In this document: positions 13,424 through 26,399 of the stretch, in pieces
How positions within the stretch are numbered: position 1 is the stretch's first letter
Layout of the letters: the number at the start of each line of letters is the position of its first letter
Source of the DNA: Haplodiscus bocki
Lineage: Eukaryota
Direction of reading: 5' to 3'
Length of the DNA stretch: 64,000 bases
Assembly: GCA_965655095.1 (NCBI GenBank)
Contig: OZ296649.1
Coordinates: forward strand, 145,638,001-145,702,000
Translations under genes and position numbers: made by a program
The notes under the pieces: generated by a model
The model's input: the letters and a program-made list of their open reading frames with translations, nothing else
The model's database searches: none
Told to the model about the DNA's origin: nothing

Positions 13424-14091
13424 ATTCCATCAGTGCTCCATCAGAGCTTGTGTTCTTTAAAGAGAGCCTGAAGTTTTCCACTGTCTCATCATCCATCATG
13501 TTCAAATCATTTGCAGTAATTTGGCCAATTTTTTCCCAAAGCAGCTCCTGCTCTTCCAATTGTTTTTCTTCACGATAACCAATTATTTTCTTTGCCACAG
13601 TCCAAGACCTTCCGACAAAGTCTTCATACTATAGAGATAATGGCAGCAGTTTGAACAGGTGTTCAGGCACTCAAATAGCTTTTTCTTCAATCGAAGCTGA
13701 TTGCACCCCAAAAAATGAGATATCATCTGTCATTCGGTAAACTTTCGAAATTTTCGTGTCAAATCTGGTGTTTTATATCATAGAAAGACCAAAGTTCCCT
13801 TTCCGAAATTGTACATCGTCTATGAAAATCACCATCTTCCAGAATTGAGAGGGTTGTTTCAGCCTTTTGGCATCGAGTTGATTGATTGTTACTGCAAATT
13901 CTGTTCAAAACCATTTTGTATTCAAATTTATTTTTTTGCACTATATGTTGATAGGTTTTTCTAACAGTGGTTTTAAAAAAATTACGTTTCTGCTAAAAAC
14001 GGGTTGTCAAATCTTCGGTCTCTCGAAACTACTTTCACAAGGTTTTTGAGACTTTTTGATACGTGCTTTTGCCGTTTTGCAGTTGATTTTT
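13424..14091 (-). pseudogene. Tc1/mariner-like transposase relic (5'-truncated by the duplication breakpoint)
   Basis: Minus strand gives FWKMVIFIDDVQF (13815-13844 core; cf. Tc1 W..VIFSDE..F) and LIFWGAIS (cf. MVWGAIS). Confidence 0.6.
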
Positions 14092-16765
14092 TTGGGCTAT
14101 CAAAGATTTTTGGCATCAAACCATAAAACAAAAGCTAGCGGATTAGCACTTTTTGTTGACCAGAAAATTCGAGTAGAAGTGAAAAATATAAAAAAAACAG
14201 TTTCTGTTTTGACATTTTGGTGGTTGATCTTCTGGTACTAATTTCGCAGAAGTTTTCGGTGATAGTGATCTTTAACTCACCTTCCAATAGTTCGGAATTT
14301 TGTTTGCAAGATTTTCAAAAACCGTTGGAAGCGAATCAATTTTTGCACCTATTCGTGGTCGTAGGTGACATGAATGTAGATTTTTTGGAGCAAAACGAAA
14401 CTTCAAAAGCCTATATAAATATATTTTCATCATTTGGTTGCAAGCAAACGGTTTTTCAACCTACAAACGTAACTGTTTTAAGCGAGTCATGCATTGACCA
14501 CGTGCTCACCAATGATCACAAAATAAAAACACGGGAGCTTAAAACGGATATCTTAGATCAATTCATGGTTTTACATGAAACAAAATTTCTTGTGGAGACG
14601 AAAACCGCAAAAAAAAGCTATGACTTTCCGTAATCTCAAAAAAGTTCTCAAAAAAGACGATTACTGCTGCTAATTTCTGTTTAGGCTATTTCACGAGCTA
14701 CAAAATGTTTATTACAATAAATAGAATCTGAATGAACTATTTGATAACTTCTCAAGTTATTTGAAAGTCAATTAGACATGTATTTTTCTAAAACTACATC
14801 ACAGCCGATGGAGAGACGTGGGTTTGGAAATTGGAATTCAAGACGTGTAAAAAAAAGGAATAAAAAACTCCAAAAACTGTTTTCAAAAATTTCAAACAAT
14901 CAGATTGAACAAAATTGACAGCAGTACTCAAAACAACGCAAATTATGTACCGGAATCATTCGGCTTGCAAAATATGTAAATAAAAGATTTTTTCTTGAGC
15001 AGCTGATGACAAGAAAAAAACGGTTTTTTCACTTTTTTTAAAAAGAACATTGCAAGTGGAACAAATCATACAAGCACGATGATAGATGTCGACAGTCTAA
15101 ACAAATATTTTGCAAACAATGGTCAGAGTTTGGCCTCAGGTTCACATTGTTCCAATTTGGAAGAAATGATTATACCCAAGTTTATGAACAAAACTATTTT
15201 TCTTTATTCAACGGATGTAAACGAAGTTTAAACTTTAATTAGGAACTGCAAGACCACAAATCGTCTGGCCTAGACGGCCTAAGTATTAAATTTTTTATAA
15301 TTGCTGCACCAGTGATATCGGACCTTCCAGCCCTGATAATTAACAGATGCATTCAAGGAGGATTTTTTCCAAACATTTTAAAAAATTCCAAATTAAAGCC
15401 ACTCTTCAAAACAAGTGAAATGCAAAACCCCAAAATCTACCATCCATTCTCATTCTTAACATGGTTGAGTAAAACTTCCAAAAAAATCTGGTCAGGAGGC
15501 TTCAAACCTTCTGGAAAAAATGTGACGAGCCGAATTCTAAAAAAGATGGTTTCCGAAAAAGAAAGTCAACACTGAAAGCGCTGATTGATCTAACAAAGAC
15601 ATTTGTCCAAAATCAGCAGAAATGAAAAAACTTTCTACACATTTTTGGATTTGAGCAAGGCATCCGTTACAGTCAATTACGGGATTTTGCTCAAAAAAAT
15701 TGAAGCTGATGGTGCCAGAGGAAGTGTTCTTCAACTGCTGTCGAGTTTCTTTCAAAAGAGAAGACAATTTGTACAAGTTGATGAAAGAAATTCAGAAGAT
15801 CGAGATTTAAAGGTCGGATTACCACAAGGATCTATACTGGGTCCTATGTAGTTCCTCATATACATAAATGATATAACGGACATTAAACATGAAACTTCGC
15901 AAAATGCTTACTTTGCAGATCATTGTACGATTTTGACATCTCACCAACACAATCCTCTCCTAGCATATGAAAAGCAATTACCTCAAATCAGCAAGTGGCT
16001 GATTGCCAACAAACACTCTTGAGAAGACATTTTATCTAAAGTTCGGTAGAACAAAATCAATGAGGAATACACTTCGATTAAAGGAAAATCTTCTGAAAAC
16101 AGAAAGCAGTATTAAACATTTGGGGATATTTATTGATTCTGACTTGACTTTCAACAACCACGTTTCGTATGTCTGTAAAAAACATGTAAAGTGATTGGCA
16201 TTTTGTGCCATGGCAAAGAAACATTAACGCGCGACATGAAACTGCAATTCTAAATTTATTTTATCAAACCATTTGTGAAATATGGTTTATTGGTGTATGG
16301 TTCAACTTTGGAGACTCAGTTGAGACCTTTTTTGATCTTGCAAAAGAAGATTTTGCGAAAAATATATAACTTTGCTTCTCACGCGTCCTGTACTCACTTT
16401 TTTTACTGAATCAGACATTCAAACAATTTATGCGATGTACGTGGGTGCCTTACTCAAGTACGTACTTTTCAATTTTCGAAATATTGTCGAAACATGCATG
16501 TCCTCGTCACATAACATGAAAACAAAGAAGCAACAGAAAACCTTGCTTCACTATGCTAAAACCAGTAAGCTTATAAAAAACACAATTCAGTACAAAGCAG
16601 TGAATTTGTATAACATGTTTAACTAAAATTGTCTATGGTCCGTTGGCATAGATCAAAAGCAAAACAGAACGCTTCATAGGTTTTACATAGACATTTTAAA
16701 TCTATACTTGAACGACAATAATGAAGTTTGGGTTTTTTCATGTAAACCGTTTTTTTATTCAACGA
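14092..16765 (+). mobile_element. Duplicated, 5'-truncated copy of the decayed LINE (starts mid-APE)
   Basis: Same APE/RT fragments as 6927-9600 (ORFs 14217, 15312, 15603, 16003). Confidence 0.9.
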
Positions 16766-17236
16766 TCAACTCATCTTTAGTTTCAACGAGTAACGCATAA
16801 GCGAGGAACTCATTTTAGGTTTTAAAAGTACAATGGTACTATTGTTTTCAATTCAGATGGACGTTTCTCTGACATGTTCATCTTGTAACTGTCCTGGCGT
16901 ATTCTGAATTAAAAGTTGTTGCATTCATACAGTGTAAGCCTGTGGTCTGGAGAAACAAAAAAATGTCTCTGAAACAATCGAGCACTTTTTGCTTAAAGCG
17001 CTGACTAAAAAAACTGGTTGCCTAGTTTTACCTCCAGATTAACATTATTGGATGCTTTCTGAAAAAGGCGAAATGGCTTTGGGGTAAAAATAACTTGGAG
17101 TGAATTGTCTGTGTGGCGGTAAATGTCAGGAGCTGAAATGTCTGGAAACCAAATGTTCTAGATTTTTGGCGTCTAGCATTGCTTTGTTAATGGCTTTCCT
17201 CGCACCAGATAGAGTAAAACGTGTTAATATTTTTTG

Positions 17237-18185
17237 CCGCATATGTATTATGCAGGAAAAATTGTTCATTCAGTACGGTCGTTTTTCTTTTTTTTTCAGT
17301 CGAAAATTGCCAACTCTTTTTATTCTAAAATAAATGACAGCAGTGGGTTTAGGACAACATATTCCTGAAGCGGTAGGTCCCGCTTTTGAGTCCTTATCGT
17401 GCCAATTATTTTTACGTTTTCGAATCGTGACACCCCCTCCCTCCACTCCTCTTATCCATAAACTTTTTCGATACCAGAAATTTTTTGAAGCACAGAGGGG
17501 TTCGCCTACGAAGTTTTTCGGTAAAATGAGACAAAAAATTTTCCAACGGAAAATCGTAATACACCCCCCCCCCCCTTATGCATAAAATTTTTCGATACCC
17601 GAGATTCTCTGAAACACCGAAGGGTTCCCCTAGGATTTCATTCGGCACTGTGAGACAAAAAATTTCCGACGGAAAAATCTGATACCCCACTACCCTCTTA
17701 TCCATAATTTTTTTCCATGCCAGAAATTTTCTGAAACACAAAAGCGTTCCCCTACGAAGTTTTTCGGCACTGTGAGACAAAAAAGTTCTGAAGGAAAAAC
17801 GTGATACCCCCCCTATAATGCATAAAATTTTTCGATACCCCAAATTTTTGGAAACACAGAAGAGTTCCCATCGAAATTCTTCGGCACTGTGAGACAAAAA
17901 AAAATCAACAAACCGTGATGCCCCCCTCCTATGCATCAAAATTTTCGATACCAGAATTTTTTCGAAACACAAGGGTTCCCCTACGAATTTTTTCGGTACT
18001 GAGACAAAAAATTTTGAACGAAGTCTTTTGCATATAATATAGAAATATCAGTGGTGGACTTGATGTTTGTAGAAAATCTTCGTAAACTAGATTTTAAACT
18101 GTAGTTTCGTTTTTAACTGTTTGCATATGTCTATCAAAATTTTTGTATTCGGGCGAAAAATATGCTGGTGCTAGCCGGCCGTCTT
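17237..18185 (+). mobile_element. Duplicated copy of the satellite-bearing Helitron-like element (array ~17423-18020)
   Basis: Matches 10072-11020 at offset 7165. Confidence 0.6.
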
Positions 18186-20589
18186 TTTGTGTTTGCATTT
18201 AATTCCATTGTGCTTTGCTCTAACAAGAGAGTTCAATATTTTAGCACTCTCTAGTTTATACTTAAACCAAATTTTTTGACGTTAAAAGTTCGGAGAAAAG
18301 TATACTAGTAAAGCTTCAAGGGTATTTGTGACATGTGCTTTAAATTTATTAAATTCCTTCCTCATATGCTTCCTCAAACGTCTCTAACACTGTAAATATT
18401 TGATATAATTATTATTTTATAACGCCGGGAGAAATAATCTGCCGTTATCTGAATTTTTTTCGTATTCTTCCGCATATTTTCTTTATCCTTTCGACTTCTT
18501 TTACAGTTTAAAGTAAATGCATCTGATCAATTTTGACAGATTTTTATAAAGACATTCATTAAAATGAAAAACCTTTTTCTTTTTTCCCCGAGTTTTACTA
18601 CGAAGGGGCTAAGAAAGGGGTGTACAGAATTCATTTGGATTGGATTCGTCGAGAGATTTGAAATCGACGAAATCTGCAAAAATTCTACAGTTTAGTATTA
18701 GGGTCCTAGGGCTTCGGCTGTCCTGGAAAAGGCCACCCAAAGCCTGAAAGCGTAATATATACTAAGTACAAGAATACAAAAATCCCTAAACAAACTTCAT
18801 CCAAAACCAATTAAGGGGAATTGTTGTGATACCCCCTTACATATGTTGAGTCGAACGGGCAGCGCCAACTTGGGCCTTTTTCAACTTGTTCTTATTTATA
18901 ATGTCATTTCTCTAACTCAGTCAATTTGGAGAAATAAATTCTGTTGTAAAAATTTTTGTGATAAAATTTTTACGGTTAATTCATAACAAGTATGGGGAAT
19001 AGCAAAACTTAAAATGTTATTATCTAAAGTGTTGAAAAAATATCCTTGCTGGGCACAAGAGGCATCTTATCCTTTCTGATCCACCCAGGACAAGAAAAAA
19101 GCGGTCAAAAATTGTGCCTCGCTCTAATTTGCCCTTTTTTTCTCATCCCATATCGAATCTTCTCCGACTCACTTTTTTTAAGATACCCACGATTCCACCT
19201 CTTTTCTCTTTTCTACGGCCCCCATCCGGTGCGGGGGGGGGGGGAAACATCAGCGGATTGATGGGCATTATAATTTGACCTGATAATCTTTCTCATTGTA
19301 AATCAATACTTTTATCTGACTTCTTGCGACAAGAGATATGGTGGCGGGATGTAACACGCTAATGAACTAACTCATTAAAAAGATCGATTTCTCTCATGCA
19401 AGAAAGAACTATTCTACACGGTGATCTTGTATTTGAGGTACTTTTGAGCTGACAGGTAATGAATATGTGACCATCCAGTGATAATTCTCAGCCAGTTCCA
19501 ATTCTTTTTCTCGGCCACAGCTATTTCACAAAACTTTCACCTGATTAAAAAATAGACAAATTAAACAAGTAGTTGATTATTGTTGAATTTCTCGCACTTT
19601 CAACTTAGAACGCAATCAAATAATCAAAAATAACAAGTGCCGAGCAAAACATCACTCGGGAAAGTTTGAATTTATGGAAAAGCTTTGAAATGAACAAGTT
19701 ATTACTCCGCTCCAATTTCATTAAGGTTCCTAAGTGATAGATGTAAAAGATTGCGTTTTAAAAAGCAAATTTATGGCTTTGATGAAACGTTTTGAAGAAG
19801 TTTTACCCGTCATGTAGGCTTAACAAACGAACTTATAAGCTGATTATAATAAAACTACCACGTAATGTGAGCTTTTTCTGATCCTGACCCACATATCAAT
19901 ATGGGCAAATTAAAGCAAACATCTTAAATCCTCAAAAATTCTTGAAATAAAGCTAATTTGCAGTTTTTGGGCCTGGTGGTAATTTTTTTAATCAAAAATA
20001 TAGAATGAAGCTTCCTAATCGCAATGATGATATAATTGGAAAATTTGTAAACATTTTGGGGCAAAAAGACTAAATTATGCCCAACAAAACTAATTTTTCG
20101 AGATTGCCAATAAACAAATGCAAAAGAACTCCAGGAAAAAAATCAATTTATGGAAAAATTCAAACTTTTAAATACGGTAACCAATTCAGCAATTTTTAAA
20201 CCTAAAATAAAAATCCGCTCATCGGATCAGCATTTTCAACAAGATCAAAAAACAGAAATAATTCGAAAATGTCATTCAAAAACCAGAAAATCAACTCTGT
20301 TTTATTGCAACATGAACAAAGAAAAAGGTTGATGCCAGCAATCCTCTTTTTAGCTGAATTTCGTTCTGGTGTGAGCTGAAACATAATGCCGTTTATTTTT
20401 TTAAGCATTCACTGTTGCGCTTTGCGTGAAAGGGTTTTTGAGAAAAGAGAGTGAGAGAGGATGATTTAGATCAAAGTTTGTAAATGAAGTAGTGAACAGT
20501 TCCAAAAAGTAATGAGTATCTCATAACATTTATAAAATAGGAAAACAAACTGGAACGTTTCAGAAAATTAAAAATCAATCACAATGTCT

Positions 20590-21330
20590 ATTCCATCAGT
20601 GCTCCATCAGAGCTTGTGTTCTTTAAAGAGAGCCTGAAGTTTTCCACTGTCTCATCATCCATCATGTTCAAATCATTTGCAGTAATTTGGCCAATTTTTT
20701 CCCAAAGCAGCTCCTGCTCTTCCAATTGTTTTTCTTCACGATAACCAATTATTTTCTTTGCCACAGTCCAAGACCTTCCGACAAAGTCTTCATACTATAG
20801 AGATAATGGCAGCAGTTTGAACAGGTGTTCAGGCACTCAAATAGCTTTTTCTTCAATCGAAGCTGATTGCACCCCAAAAAATGAGATATCATCTGTCATT
20901 CGGTAAACTTTCGAAATTTTCGTGTCAAATCTGGTGTTTTATATCATAGAAAGACCAAAGTTCCCTTTCCGAAATTGTACATCGTCTATGAAAATCACCA
21001 TCTTCCAGAATTGAGAGGGTTGTTTCAGCCTTTTGGCATCGAGTTGATTGATTGTTACTGCAAATTCTGTTCAAAACCATTTTGTATTCAAATTTATTTT
21101 TTTGCACTATATGTTGATAGGTTTTTCTAACAGTGGTTTTAAAAAAATTACGTTTCTGCTAAAAACGGGTTGTCAAATCTTCGGTCTCTCGAAACTACTT
21201 TCACAAGGTTTTTGAGACTTTTTGATACGTGCTTTTGCCGTTTTGCAGTTGATTTTTTTGGCTTACACTGCTTCTTTGCGGGCAATTCTCGTGAAACTAC
21301 GTTGAGTTGCCAACCGATACTTTAAATTCA
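20590..21330 (-). pseudogene. Tc1/mariner-like transposase relic (original, longer copy)
   Basis: Basic N-terminal region (ELPAKKQCKPKKST...), then FWKMVIFIDD (20981-21010) and IFWGAIS (~20862-20882); stops, frameshifts and an apparent internal deletion. Confidence 0.6.
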
Positions 21331-22327
21331 ACTGCTTTTAACTGTTTTCGCATGAATAACGGCTTTTTGAAGACTTAAAATATCTTAAACTAAATGATAG
21401 TCTACCGGCTTCGGCATTTGGTGTCAAGAAAGCGTCAACATTATTATTTCGCAGAATGATTGGATGCAGTAATAAAATGAACTCATTCTATTTTTTCTGT
21501 AAGATTGTCAATTTACAAGGAAACTAACTTGATATTTTCGCAAAACGGCAACAAGTCTCGGATTAAATTCTAAAAACGTCTAAATTTGGAAAAACCATAG
21601 TAAATTGGACTTGAACCAATTTCAAACCATAATCAACAAACCTCATATCGCCTAGTACTTTCAATTTTGGCACAAAGTACATTTTTCAACCTAACCAAAA
21701 ACTTTAATTGGGTAAATTTCGAATCCGCTCAAGTTATCTTTATAAAGTGACTAACATCTGAAAGAGAATCAAGTAGGCGAAAACATCAAACCTGAATTGA
21801 TCGTGTTACTTCAAGGTGGGTTGAAAACAAAATGAAACAAAGTTCTGATGAAGACAAAAATAGGTAGATTGATAACTAATCTTTCACTTTTCCATATTTT
21901 AGGTGTCAGGTGTGTACCGGGTCCGACGTATCAGGGGACACCCGACAGATAAAAATGGCACCGATGCCATGATAAAAATGGGAATCAACCCGAAAAAAAA
22001 TCATCCCGAAAGAGTTCCAAGAGGGGTTTTTTGGTGATTTAAGGACAAACTAAGTTATTCATTCCCAAAAGAATTGAAATTGTTGTCTGAGACATGAAAT
22101 CGGGATAGATAACAGATCTCAAAATAGGGTCGTCGGGGTATAAATATCAGCGGTTTCTGGGACTAAAAATCAATAAGCCGGCTTGCACTCAGAAAACGAC
22201 AACGACGACGATGGACGTGCTTTTGAGAATTTTTGGGAGTTCTTTGCTATTCTGCTTCGTTTTTCGTTATTCCTAGTTACTATTGAAAACTTCAAAACCT
22301 AAATCAAACTCTCCTTTCTCGCACCCT

Positions 22328-22342
22328 TCTCTCTCTCTTTTT

Positions 22343-22394
<52 letters not shown>

Positions 22395-22412
22395 CACTCT
22401 CTCTCTCTCTCT
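22328..22412. repeat. (CT)n/(AG)n microsatellite, imperfect
   Basis: Directly visible. Confidence 0.95.
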
Positions 22413-23630
22413 GGGTCTATTGGTGGTAGCAGAGGGGCCCGTCAACGACTTAGTGGTGGCATTGTATGTAAGCTTGTCGCCCTATTTTTTCAGAGGGTTT
22501 TCTTTGCGCGCAAGTTATCTAATTGACTTTTCTTGAACAAGAGGGATTTTTCATTGTGTTCTTGCTAAGCCTGTTTGCTTTGCAATGAGGTTTGAACTGG
22601 AATGTTGAGTAAGATTTCAAACCGCAGTGATTTTTTTGCGGTCAAGTAAACCATTTGCTGGGTCAAAAAAGAAACTGAGAGACTTTGGGTACGCGCACCT
22701 CCAGTAAAAAGTGAGAAAAATAACTTGACTAACTGTTGTTTTCGGTTCATCGCTGTAACCTAAAACTGTTCTTGAAAATTACGGTTTTGTCTTTGAGCCC
22801 GCAATTAACTCTACACTTCATTTGCTAAAGTTTAGACGTAAGAATAAAACAATGTTGGATTCAAGTATCTGATTAATGTCGGGTCAATTTTGAGTTTTCA
22901 TTCAACTGCCAGATTTCGTTTCTTTTGTTTTCGCCTTATTTGGCTGATTGGAAAGACGGGACTTAGTTTTTGCGTTACCGAGGGCCCACCTTACTGACGA
23001 TATTTTTGATTTTTTGTGTCTTGGCTCATCAGCACATGGGCCGTAGCACAAAGCTACTTGAGTCAGAATTTTAATCGTGTTTCCATAGAAGCAACCGGTT
23101 TGCAACGGGTCAGCTATCATTTAAATTAGTTAGTTGTTTAGGAGTAAGAAGAAGGAGTCATTCAACCCCAGACGGGTTGAAAATAGGTAAAAGCCCCCTT
23201 AGGTCTTAGTCCGCCACAGACTGATTGAAGCTATTAGCCCAGATTCGGTAAGGTACCAACGGGGCATCTCCCTGTCAGGAACAAAAATGACAATCCATGG
23301 TCTGAAGTTCCAGCTAATGCATGGTTCTGATCTAGATGTCTCGTTTTTAGTCTTGGAGGGTAAAGAGAGATTTCTATTGTACACTTTGCGGAAATTTTTT
23401 CGAAACAGTCACTAGAGCTTTCACTTAAGTGGGTACGATTTAAAGTCGGGGACCCATTAGTCCAGCTTCTTTTTAGAAGAGTAACTTTGTGGCTTGGTAT
23501 GCCTCAGAGCCCTGTTACCAATTAACCACTCAATACAAACGGGATTTGTGAGTATATCGAATCTTTTGGGTCTGTAACCCTGCGCCTGTGTATTCTACCA
23601 CCCTTTGGCTGAAAGGTGTCATTTTGACAT
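22413..23630 (-). mobile_element. Possible decayed LINE fragment ending at the (AG)n tract
   Basis: Minus-strand translation has APE-like order LIGN.ALRH / NGSPT...SSDC / GTSDHGL (cf. GDFN.H, PT, D, SDH). Weak similarity; ends approximate. Confidence 0.3.
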
Positions 23631-23739
23631 TATCCATCGTAATGTGTTTTACGAAAAAACAAGATCAACTCGAAAATTAGACTTTTGTTTCCACTTGTCT
23701 GTCATTTCTGCGTGAAAGTAAACTTGTTTCAAAAAAAGT

Positions 23740-24090
23740 AACCCCAAATTGTTGTTCGTCTGGACATGTGGATATCATTTTTGACAACACTAGGCAAGAA
23801 ACTTGCGTTCACAGTCGGACGAGAAGAAAAAAGTTGTAAACTTTTGAAAAACTTCAGATTTTTTTCGGAAGAAATTGTCTCTATGGATTCGTAGAAAAAG
23901 ATTTCCAGACAACCAGTCAAACAACCGAAAATTTTTCAGTCAAACCCCAAGTGAAAGTCTAAATTTTTAGATGCTTTCAAAAAAAATCTCAAATATTTCT
24001 TCTGGACACGTAGAATTCGGTTTTGAGGACACCAGTTTTTGACTCAAATTGCTACTTACTGTGTTAAGAGTGGGCGTCCTCGCCCCTTTG
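23740..24090 (+). repeat. Degenerate ~121-bp tandem repeat (3 units) ending in a GC hairpin; probable second Helitron-like family
   Basis: TCTGGACACGTAGAAT..TTTTGACAAC-like motif at ~23759, 23881 and 24001; hairpin GGGCG-TCCT-CGCCC at 24072-24085. Confidence 0.5.
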
Positions 24091-24834
24091 AGTCCTTAAT
24101 TTTTAATTTTCTAACAATTTCGTTATCAAACCATTTTTGACCCACTGTTGACAATAATTATCGCAGAGCTGCTGCGCTTCTTGTTATTCAACTGTCTGCA
24201 ATCAATTTGCGAAAGTACAATATTGAGCTAGATTGAAAAGAATACAAGCTTTTCACGCATGTTTCGCAAAAAAATGATTCACGAATAAGTTTCGCACTGC
24301 GTTATGGATCCCCAACATATATTGTCACAGCATGTCTGCAAGGCCTGCGAACAAGCCTTCCCGGAAACAAAGGACATCCCTGGTCCTTCTACTAAATAGA
24401 CTGGAGACTCAACAAACGCTGAAACTTTTTTATTCATAGTTTTGTTTTCATAAAAATGATACGTTCCGTAAACGTATTACAGCTGAAATTTGATTTCTTG
24501 TAAACGTTACATAGTGTTTACTTATAGTTACTCAACATTATCTTCATGTAAATTTCACGTATCGTATAGGTGCAATTTCAATTTACTGATTCAGATTGGG
24601 AACGAACCGCTTCGCAACAAACGGATATAAATTCTATTTTTACCTGTAGTTTTCATTACAAAAGGTGCTTCATTTTTATTAAATTTGTGTCTATAATTTT
24701 ATGAATCTACTTTTTCAAAAATCAATTTGCTGATTTAATTTGTAAATGACAATATCAATAAGTTTGCTGTAAGCAAAGACCTTAACTTTAGAAGTCAAAT
24801 ATTGTTCTGTACGCGTTCCGCCGCTACCAATCTG

Positions 24835-24844
24835 GTGACGTCAC
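24835..24844. promoter_or_regulatory. CRE palindrome GTGACGTCAC in LTR family 2
   Basis: Lies within a 21-bp block (AATCTGGTGACGTCACTAGAA) identical in both diverged LTR copies. Confidence 0.45.
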
Positions 24845-25671
24845 TAGAATTTAATCCTATCAGCTGAGCTAAAATGCTGTGTCAATTTGGCCAAACACGG
24901 AACTGTTCCGTTGCCATCCATTTCATTCTTGGCGGTTGCTCTGCGACGACCAGTGCTACAGGTGAATTCGTAGCCCTTCCGGAAGGCTTTCGCCGAAATC
25001 AGGAACCAGCTAGTAGCCATAAGGAACCAACTAGGAAAAAGCTTAGTTTTGTTCCCAAAAATGTAATTAACCAAGGCAGTGAAGTCACATGTAAAATTCT
25101 GAAATGCAATACGGTTTTTTTTGTCATGGTATTTAATTTTGATAATTTAATCATTTTTTCTTAATATGGGAAAATCTTTTGATCTCTTGTTTGTACCTAT
25201 TTTGTAAAATTTTGTAATATTTTTGTAATTTTTAATTTGTGGGTGGGGGAATGAGCACTTTTATGTCCATTTTTAAAAATTAGGCCCGTACTTTTTCCGT
25301 CAGATTGTACAAAAGACGCAACCTGTGGAAGGCAAAATGGATGGAAGTTGTTTATTTTCCGCCGGAGTTGGCATTTGTCCTTTGTAAAAAATATGATTAT
25401 ATTACATTTCCCTTTTTCTATTTTAACTTGGCGTTTAAACAATTTTGTTTTTCTCCAAGGAAAACGTATACATAGGAGAAACAAAAGTACTGTATTTACA
25501 ATTTTATGTGTTGTTAAAAAACGTGTTTTTACTCATTGTATCTCAGTTAACTGTCGTTCAAACCTATTTTTCTCTAAAAACAGGAAAAATTTATCCTGCC
25601 AAGAGTTCATTTCAAAAAGAAAAATTAATTGTCTCTTCACAACTGTGGAGCTTTTTCTCTCTTCCAAAGTT

Positions 25672-26077
25672 ACGGCAACTCTAAGGAACAAGCGAAAGTT
25701 GGCAGCCGTTTCAAGAGAAACACAGGAAAGTGCGAGGCACAGCCTGTCGCAGAACACATTCGTTCCAGGTGAGACCGAAGAGTACAATACACAAGTTTCA
25801 GAGGAGATTGACAGCAAGGTCACTAAAAAGTTGTCCCATGAATTGATAAGAACAGAGTCAAGTGTTTTGGGTGCCCTGTCGAAACTTGACAAATTTTTGC
25901 CGAACCCGCAAGTAAGGACATCTTTCAGAACCGTTGCCGGAACATCCCGGTACAGCAACTTATGAAATGGGGAACCCACTAGGAAACGTTCCCAGAAAAA
26001 ACCCCATCCCAAAGTGGAGTTCCCTACTTGATGGACCAGCAACTCAGCTGACTCAGATCAAGAGGATACCCCTCACA
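25672..26077 (+). pseudogene. gag-like N-terminal ORF fragment inside LTR family 2 (ATG mutated to ACG, internal stops)
   Basis: TATLRNKRKLAAVSRETQES...QVSEEIDSKVTKKLS...LGALSKLDKFLPNPQVRT, clearly homologous to the 54200 ORF. Confidence 0.7.
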
Positions 26078-26399
26078 TACCTCCAGTTGTAAGAAACGAA
26101 GTGCCCGAAAAATTTTTATTTCATTCATGACTGTTGAACAAAGGTCAGTTTTAGGCAAAATCAGAAATCATTCCTGCAACGAAAGCGTCTTTTTTTGAAA
26201 AATAGGAAACTGATGAGATGATACGTTATGAAGCAGACTGTTTGTTCCATAATGCGACGTTTAGAAAAAGTGATTTTTTTTGTCATAAGAAAGAAATGAC
26301 CTCGAAAAATTTTACTGAAAGCTAATTGGCTCATCTTACATGACCTCACAATTCTCGACAAATAAATGCCGACTAAAAGCTTTAACAATAGATAACTGC

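Larger units (their letters stand above)
6927..14091 (+). repeat. Tandem segmental duplication, unit 1 (7165 bp)
   Basis: Sequence and ORF track repeat at offset +7165 (+7166 after a G-run indel). Confidence 0.97.
14092..21257 (+). repeat. Tandem segmental duplication, unit 2 (7166 bp)
   Basis: Differences from unit 1 seen by eye: C8213/T15378, A12654/T19820, and G11 vs G12 in the run near 12068/19233. TTGG is shared at all three breakpoints. Confidence 0.97.
24323..26077 (+). mobile_element. Solo LTR, family 2, older copy (1755 bp)
   Basis: Starts TGTCACAGCA, ends CCTCACA; collinear with 52844-54629 along its whole length. TSD degenerate (TATAT/TACCT). Confidence 0.8.

Noticed and set aside
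14056-14241. Novel fusion ORF
   Set aside because: By-product of the duplication junction; no ATG start, and it joins antisense Tc1 sequence to a frameshifted APE fragment.
25348-26042. 205-aa plus-strand and 169-aa minus-strand ORFs as host genes
   Set aside because: Both lie inside a solo LTR. Only the part from 25672 matches the paralogous ORF, and the minus frame is its antisense shadow.
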